IMG/VR virus record: IMGVR_UViG_2565956711_000001
Source: a virus
Taxonomy: Monodnaviria > Loebvirae > Hofneiviricota > Faserviricetes > Tubulavirales > Inoviridae
Strand: one strand, 5' to 3'
Length of the DNA stretch: 12,715 nt
Part shown: one piece after another, positions 7,674-12,715 of the stretch
Layout: each line of letters starts with the position of its first letter
How positions within the stretch are numbered: the first letter of the stretch is position 1
Program-made: the position numbers and the translations under genes
The notes under the pieces: generated by a model
The model's database searches: none
What the model was told of the DNA's origin: nothing
What the model saw: only the letters and a program-made list of their open reading frames with translations

Positions 7674-7701
7674 ATTTAACATAATATACATTATGCGCAC
7701 C
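7674..7701 (-). other. dif: dif chromosome dimer resolution site (XerC/XerD), perfect 28-mer
   Basis: The plus strand reads ATTTAACATAATATACATTATGCGCACC. Its reverse complement, GGTGCGCATAA-TGTATA-TTATGTTAAAT, is identical to the E. coli/enterobacterial dif consensus. Confidence 0.9.
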
Positions 7702-7986
7702 AGTGCGCAGATACGCCAGAAATCAGCCTGTAACCATCACCACGGCATTAAACGGTCATCGCTGTTACGTTCTTTCGTCTTCGACCGTCAGCCATCCGTA
7801 TCGCTTCTGAATACGCCGGAATGAAAAACAGGCTTTGCAGTGCCGGGAATTATTATGGCTGACGCCATAATGCTGTTTATGTCCTCGCTTCGCTGCGGGG
7901 CTTCCGGCGCTAAGCGCCTCCCATGCCTGACGGCATAAAAACCGGATATGCCGCCACGTCACCGCATGATACGTCCGTCGCCACCA

Positions 7987-9249
7987 TCACCGCGCGCGCT
8001 CCTCGTGGGAACTCGGTGCGTGCGCGGCGCTGGCGCGCCTGACTTTTTTCGCCTGTAACACGACAAGAATATCCGTCTTGTTCTTCTCGTCAGATGAACT
8101 GGTGAGCCAGCCTTTTGGCAGAAAGCTGAACCCGGTATCGGCGTTTGTGACCTTCGATTCAGCCAGGCCACCCAGCAGAATAATATCCCCGTCAGCCGCT
8201 GATACCTCCGTATTCACCTCGCGCTTAATCAGCGTCGGGCTGTTATTCACGCCCGTATCCGTCTTCGCAAAGCTGGAAAGCTGCTGCTTAATCACAAGGT
8301 CAATATTGTCAGTCCGGATTTGCGGTTTCACGTCGAGGATAACGCCACTAGAGCGATATTCAATCGACTGGATCGGCCTGTTGTCGGCGTAGCTCACCTG
8401 ACCCAGCACCGGAACCTCGTTACCGACTGAAAACGTGGCAGATGCGCCATCCTTCACCCTGAGCCGCGGGGAACTGACGACATGAAAACGACTGTCCGTC
8501 CTGAAAAGCTCATACAGCGCATCAAGAGAGCCTGTATTCACCCGGATAAAGTTATCAAAACCGCCAGACGCGCCAATCTGTATATTCAGCTTGCCGGAAA
8601 GCAGCTTCGCCGCCAGTGCCAGCCCGGAACCGTTACGCTCACTGGTCTGAACCTCAAACACGTAAGCTGCGACAATCACTTCTTCAGAGGCAGTATCAAT
8701 CAGCGGTAAAAGCGTCTGCAACCGCTTAATCTCTGACTTCCGGCCATAATAAACCAGCACATCCCCGGTACGGTTCATAAAGTCCGATGCCGTACCCGCT
8801 ACGGCCGCTTCTGGCGATATCTGCCCGGACGGTAACGAGTTACGCTGACTGTTAAACTGCCCGGTAAACTGTCCGGCCAGAATGTCAGACAGATACGCCA
8901 CGGAACGGAAGCGAGGCCGATAAACAAAGGTCTCCTGCGGCGGCACATACACTTTCGGCGTGAACGGCGCCACGTAGTCAATGCCCTGTTTGTTATAAAT
9001 CGCAATGTTCATATTGCCGAGATAGCGCTTAATAAATGCCCGTTCATCGATATCCGGCGTGATACGGAACGTCACCACCTTATCGGATTTGGCAAGCTCC
9101 GGGTCAAGCATAAACGGCTTATCGAACACCTGAACGTAAATCATGTTCAGCGCCTGCGGCAGCGGAACAGCGTTGAGCTCCAGACTGACGCCCTTCGCCA
9201 TAACCAGCCCCGGAACCAGTAAAAAAAGTAAACCTGTTATCAGCTTCAT
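7987..9249 (-). CDS. Filamentous-phage pIV-like outer-membrane secretin (420 aa)
   Basis: An N-terminal signal peptide (MKLITGLLFLLVPGLVMA) and the C-terminal secretin motif ...LLGGLAESKVTNADTGFSFLPKGWL...ILVVLQAKKV parallel M13 pIV (...LLLGGLTDYKN...GVPFLSKIPLIG...LYVLVKATIV). The size matches pIV (426 aa). The start is coupled to pI by an ATGA overlap. Confidence 0.85.
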   Translation of the reverse strand: MKLITGLLFLLVPGLVMAKGVSLELNAVPLPQALNMIYVQVFDKPFMLDPELAKSDKVVTFRITPDIDERAFIKRYLGNMNIAIYNKQGIDYVAPFTPKVYVPPQETFVYRPRFRSVAYLSDILAGQFTGQFNSQRNSLPSGQISPEAAVAGTASDFMNRTGDVLVYYGRKSEIKRLQTLLPLIDTASEEVIVAAYVFEVQTSERNGSGLALAAKLLSGKLNIQIGASGGFDNFIRVNTGSLDALYELFRTDSRFHVVSSPRLRVKDGASATFSVGNEVPVLGQVSYADNRPIQSIEYRSSGVILDVKPQIRTDNIDLVIKQQLSSFAKTDTGVNNSPTLIKREVNTEVSAADGDIILLGGLAESKVTNADTGFSFLPKGWLTSSSDEKNKTDILVVLQAKKVRRASAAHAPSSHEERAR

Positions 9250-10280
9250 CGTATCGCCCCTGAATAAACCGTCACCGTTTCGCCGTCGATTTCACCCGTC
9301 ATCATCATGCCGTCAAAGCTGAACTGCGAAGCCGGCTCTATACGCAATCTGCCTGACGTGTCTGCAACAACAACCCATGCCTGACCATCGCGTTTAAGCC
9401 GTCCGGCAAGTCGCCATTTGTCCGACACAACGGGCTTAGCTGGCGCGGCAGGTACAAAAGACGCTGAATTATTTGCGGCGGGTAAATCTTTAGTCTGCTG
9501 TTCAGGCTCTGAATTACCGTTTGACGTGAAAAACCAGAACAGATAAAAAATGGCAATTACCGCCAGAATCAGTAACCCGACAGCTTTAAACCACAACATT
9601 TTAGAACTGAAAATATTCTGACGTTTATCGGTGACAAGTTCCCTTCCCTGCCCGTTCTCATGGGATTTATATAGGGGGAATATCGCCTTGTCATATTTAT
9701 TCTGATAACTGTTCGTCAGATTCGACTTAAACAGTTTGATACCCGTAAATACGTCCACACGGTAGCGGTTATGCAGACCCAGCGCCACATGCTTACTCAT
9801 GCGATACGTTGTTTCCACCCGGTCTTTAATGAATCGCGGAAGGTTGGCAACAGACTGATTCATAACCACTAAATCACAGGTTACGCCCGTTTTTTCATCG
9901 GCAAAATGGCGATGTTCTGCAATGAAAGAGCGATGATTTGCAGGAATCCCTTTATCGTTCTCCCATATGCGCCATGCTTCATCAATACAGATTAAATCCC
10001 CCGGACGGCAGAACGTATCATCCGCAATGCCTGAATCCGTTTTGTAGGGAAAGAAATTATCGTTCTGAACGTCTTCATTCTGAACAAGTAAAATTTCACC
10101 AAGTGATTCCCTGTCTGCCTTTTTAATATCAACGCAGTAATCATAAATACTTTGCGTGGCAAGGCCGTAAATATTACTGACAATGCGACGCCCAGCGATA
10201 CAGGCGGGAATAATGACGCTTGCCACCACTTCGTAAGATTTACCGCTTCCGGGAATGCCCACATACGCAGAAATAGCCAT
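9246..10280 (-). CDS. Filamentous-phage pI / Zot-family assembly ATPase (344 aa)
   Basis: An N-terminal Walker A (GIPGSGKS), a single mid-protein transmembrane segment (AVGLLILAVIAIFYLFWFF), and a position between the gVI and gIV homologues. Confidence 0.85.
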   Translation of the reverse strand: MAISAYVGIPGSGKSYEVVASVIIPACIAGRRIVSNIYGLATQSIYDYCVDIKKADRESLGEILLVQNEDVQNDNFFPYKTDSGIADDTFCRPGDLICIDEAWRIWENDKGIPANHRSFIAEHRHFADEKTGVTCDLVVMNQSVANLPRFIKDRVETTYRMSKHVALGLHNRYRVDVFTGIKLFKSNLTNSYQNKYDKAIFPLYKSHENGQGRELVTDKRQNIFSSKMLWFKAVGLLILAVIAIFYLFWFFTSNGNSEPEQQTKDLPAANNSASFVPAAPAKPVVSDKWRLAGRLKRDGQAWVVVADTSGRLRIEPASQFSFDGMMMTGEIDGETVTVYSGAIR

Positions 10281-10283
10281 AAA

Positions 10284-10571
10284 TTAACCAATCAAAGGAA
10301 TGCGACGAATAATAAAGCGCGTTAACAATGCTGAAAACATCAGTTTAATCCCTTCCGTGACCATAAACAGATTCACGAAATACCATACGCTATCAGGTAG
10401 TGAGGAAAACAACCCGGCAATATCAACAGATTTTGGCAACAGTGACGCCAGAACCGGAACAAACGCCTGTACGACAAAGTACAGGCCAAAAAACAGAATA
10501 AATTTGACAACCACCGTTCGCAGCACAAAACCCAGCGCCACGTTAAAGGCTGAAACCAGAATACCAAACAT
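10284..10571 (-). CDS. pVI-like minor coat protein (95 aa), hydrophobic
   Basis: A small multi-TM protein located between the pIII-like and pI-like genes, exactly as gVI is in Ff phages. It has no motif of its own beyond hydrophobicity and size. Confidence 0.6.
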   Translation of the reverse strand: MFGILVSAFNVALGFVLRTVVVKFILFFGLYFVVQAFVPVLASLLPKSVDIAGLFSSLPDSVWYFVNLFMVTEGIKLMFSALLTRFIIRRIPLIG

Positions 10572-10581
10572 AACGCCTCCG

Positions 10582-12465
10582 TCACGCAGTCAGAATGATA
10601 CGCAGCGAAATAATGCCCCAGATAAGCAGGAATACCGCTTTCAGAAGTGGCCTGATTTTTTCCAGAAGCTCGCAGTGAGAATCAATGGAATATTTATTGT
10701 CCCAGAGTTCGAACGACCATACCGGACACTGAACATCCTTCGATGAAATACTCAGGTTTTTAATGTCCGGCATTAATTCTGTAATTGGCTTGAGAATTTC
10801 CTCACCTGTAGGCGGTTTTTCAAGTTCCGGCGATTTAATGCCGGGGTCTTCGCCTAAATCAACAGAAGTATCGGTATCTGTGCCTGTACCAGGGTGTACA
10901 CCTGTATCCGTTCCCGCACCGGGTCTGGCATTAACCCACGACTGAGGAACGACAACCGGACTATAAAGCAAGCCCTTATCAAGTTTTACGCCAACAGCAT
11001 TAGCCGCAGCCGTCAGTTCAGCCGCCGTAAAAGGTTTATCAAGCGGTATCCCCTGATATCCTTCCTGAACAACAGTCTGACCTGCAAGGCCATTAATAAG
11101 ATTAACCAGCGCAGCCGGGTTTAACTGTTCCTCCGGCTTGAAATCTATATTATCAATAACCTCGCCATTAATTACCTGAGGTAAATTTGATGTATCAAAT
11201 TCTGTATTAAAAAATATCTGGTCTTTAACATCCTGAACATCATTCGTCGTTTTATACACGGCCTTCTCAGGGTGGCAAATACTTTTCCACTGCGTTTTGG
11301 GATTATCAGCCGTACTGCCCGGCGCAGGTACTTTCTCGCTTTTACATAAATCCCATGAGTTTTCAAGCGTAACCGTTGTTGTTCCAACAGATAAAACCAC
11401 AGTTACAATCGATGAATATCCACCAAAATAAGGATTCGGCTTTTCATACTGAAAGTCTTTAACGGAAACCGAATAAACCTTAAAATTTCTTGGCATCCTG
11501 ATATGTAAGTTATTGTCGTCAGACGCCTCATGATAAGTCACATTGGAATGAGAATAACCATTAATCGACTTATAAAGCGCAATCATTACCGGATTATCAC
11601 TGACAAGTACAGCATCGCCCTTTGCATCCCTGATATCAGTCGAATAAGGATATTTAGTACCCTTAACTGACACACGATATACATCATTCGGTAATGGCTG
11701 GCTTATCGGCGGTGGTGCATCAATATTGTAATAGGTTGGCGCAATCTGAACAGGTTTAACCTGATGATTATAAGGGCTTATCGAGTCCTGAATATTCTTC
11801 GCAGAAAAGCCAGTAGCATCAGAGGGCAAATAAACAGCAACAGGGCTTTTAGGTGAAGGTGCAACAGAAGAAGTAACAGTAGCGCCATTGGACAAATTAA
11901 GTAAATAAGTTCCATCATCCTGTTTTATTCCACTTGTAATATATTCAACAGCTTTTGCGCCCTGCTTTAAAGCAAGGTCAGCAACGGAAATAACACCCGC
12001 AGCCTGCCCCAGCAATCCCCATGTTGTCTGTCCGGCAGCCATCATATTACTGCCAAAACTTGAAATACCCGTGGATATCGAATCGTCAATTGTATGCTTC
12101 GCAAGGCCATAAGCAGCCGCGAAAACTGACGTTCCGGTGCAAAGCTGAGGATTACCCACTTTCTCGCCACACATGCGGATTGAATCAAAAACGTCAGGAC
12201 GTTCGCGTATAACCTCCGCAGCGACAGCGATACCCGCGCCCATACCGAGAGAACTGGCACCCGTTGCGAATACACGCCCCGCAGATTGAGAAACAACCTG
12301 AGCTTCACGGGTTTCAACCATTTGCTGAATTACACGTCCAAATCCGTCTGCTGTTACTGCATCAGCATGTACACCGGATGAAACCAGTAAAGACAATATA
12401 GTAATACCTAACTTTCCAGACCCTGAATGACCGCCCAGGCGCATAAAAGCCCCCATAAAAAACAC
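10582..12465 (-). CDS. pIII-like minor coat / host-adsorption protein (627 aa; true start may be Met8 at 12444)
   Basis: A signal-peptide-like N-terminus and Gly/Thr/Asp-rich flexible linkers (GAGTDTGVHPGTGTDTDTSVDLGEDPG) separate globular domains. A C-terminal membrane anchor (LLKAVFLLIWGIISLRIIL) is typical of pIII. The gene lies between the gVIII and gVI homologues. Confidence 0.7.
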   Translation of the reverse strand: MFFMGAFMRLGGHSGSGKLGITILSLLVSSGVHADAVTADGFGRVIQQMVETREAQVVSQSAGRVFATGASSLGMGAGIAVAAEVIRERPDVFDSIRMCGEKVGNPQLCTGTSVFAAAYGLAKHTIDDSISTGISSFGSNMMAAGQTTWGLLGQAAGVISVADLALKQGAKAVEYITSGIKQDDGTYLLNLSNGATVTSSVAPSPKSPVAVYLPSDATGFSAKNIQDSISPYNHQVKPVQIAPTYYNIDAPPPISQPLPNDVYRVSVKGTKYPYSTDIRDAKGDAVLVSDNPVMIALYKSINGYSHSNVTYHEASDDNNLHIRMPRNFKVYSVSVKDFQYEKPNPYFGGYSSIVTVVLSVGTTTVTLENSWDLCKSEKVPAPGSTADNPKTQWKSICHPEKAVYKTTNDVQDVKDQIFFNTEFDTSNLPQVINGEVIDNIDFKPEEQLNPAALVNLINGLAGQTVVQEGYQGIPLDKPFTAAELTAAANAVGVKLDKGLLYSPVVVPQSWVNARPGAGTDTGVHPGTGTDTDTSVDLGEDPGIKSPELEKPPTGEEILKPITELMPDIKNLSISSKDVQCPVWSFELWDNKYSIDSHCELLEKIRPLLKAVFLLIWGIISLRIILTA

Positions 12466-12498
12466 ATAAAATCAAAAAGATATTGAGCCATAAATATA

Positions 12499-12518
12499 AA
12501 GGGGCTGTTACGCCCCTT
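12499..12518 (-). terminator. Rho-independent terminator downstream of the major coat gene
   Basis: Stem AAGGGGC/GCCCCTT with a 6-nt loop. On the minus strand it is followed by a TTTATATTTAT run. This is the position of the strong post-gVIII terminator in Ff phages. Confidence 0.5.
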
Positions 12519-12529
12519 ACCTTTATGAA

Positions 12530-12715
12530 TTAAGCGCCACGAACCATACGCAAAATCCAGCGGACACCCGCAGAACCTGCATACAGAACAATAAGAGAAC
12601 CCGCTACCGCCATAATTCCGGTCAGAACGGAACCGAAATTAACGCTGTTAGTCAGTGGCGTAAGGTCAATACCTTTACCACCAACAACATCACCTTCAGC
12701 AGCAAATACGGCAGG
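12530..12715 (-). CDS. pVIII-like major coat protein, 3' part (start beyond right edge); no M-start ORF in the track because it is truncated
   Basis: Minus-frame translation gives ...PAVFA|AEGDVVGGKGIDLTPLTNSVNFGSVLTGIMAVAGSLIVLYAGSAGVRWILRMVRGA*. This shows a signal-peptidase site, an acidic N-terminus (compare M13 AEGDDP), a hydrophobic core and a basic C-terminus. That is the hallmark layout of inovirus major coat proteins. Confidence 0.75.
   Translation of the reverse strand, partial: PAVFAAEGDVVGGKGIDLTPLTNSVNFGSVLTGIMAVAGSLIVLYAGSAGVRWILRMVRGA

Larger units (their letters stand above)
7702..12715 (-). mobile_element. Filamentous prophage (Inoviridae), morphogenesis/assembly half (gVIII-gIII-gVI-gI-gIV); continues beyond the right edge; abuts dif
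   Basis: Ff-type synteny on one strand with coupled overlaps (gI/gIV ATGA). It is adjacent to a dif site, as for the Xer-dependent phages CTX, CUS-1/Ypf, Cf and Lf. Confidence 0.8.

Noticed and set aside
7765-8171. Two minus-strand ORFs (65 and 70 aa) in and next to the dif-gIV gap
   Set aside because: They are Arg-rich translations of a GC-rich, palindrome-dense region. One overlaps gIV in another frame. They have no RBS or motifs and are most likely non-coding.
8078-10746. Plus-strand ORFs (62-148 aa) and minus-strand alternative-frame ORFs overlapping gIV, gI, gVI and gIII
   Set aside because: They overlap phage genes of well-supported identity. They are low-complexity or Arg/Ser-rich frame artefacts.
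1-12715. CRISPR arrays, tRNA/rRNA genes, IS elements with terminal inverted repeats
   Set aside because: I saw no regularly spaced direct repeats, no cloverleaf-like or rRNA-like conserved segments, and no DDE-transposase-like ORF with flanking IRs.

Overview
The window is a mosaic of mobile DNA around a chromosomal dimer-resolution site. At 7674-7701 there is a perfect 28-bp match to the enterobacterial dif site (XerC arm - TGTATA - XerD arm, canonical orientation on the minus strand). To its right (7987 to the window end, all minus strand) is the morphogenesis half of a filamentous phage (Inoviridae) in canonical Ff gene order. It runs major coat gVIII-like (partial, off the right edge), strong terminator, pIII-like adsorption protein, pVI-like, pI/Zot-like assembly ATPase and pIV-like secretin. 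This is consistent with a CUS-1/Ypf/CTX-type prophage integrated at dif by host XerCD (an IMEX). To its left, a translationally coupled four-gene minus-strand operon starts only 144 bp from dif. It encodes three different tandem tyrosine recombinases (464, 521 and 788 aa, each with recognisable R...HxxR...Y catalytic motifs) followed by a small 144/145-aa protein. It resembles Tn554 (TnpA/TnpB/TnpC) and RIT 'recombinase in trio' elements but is larger than both. I consider it the most interesting, possibly undescribed, dif-adjacent element in the window. The left 1.6 kb carries a HipB-like XRE regulator, a very AT-rich gene for a winged-helix plus coiled-coil protein, and a divergent XRE regulator with twin palindromic operators. 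I found no rRNA, tRNA or CRISPR. All functional calls rest on motif and synteny recognition by eye, with no database searches.
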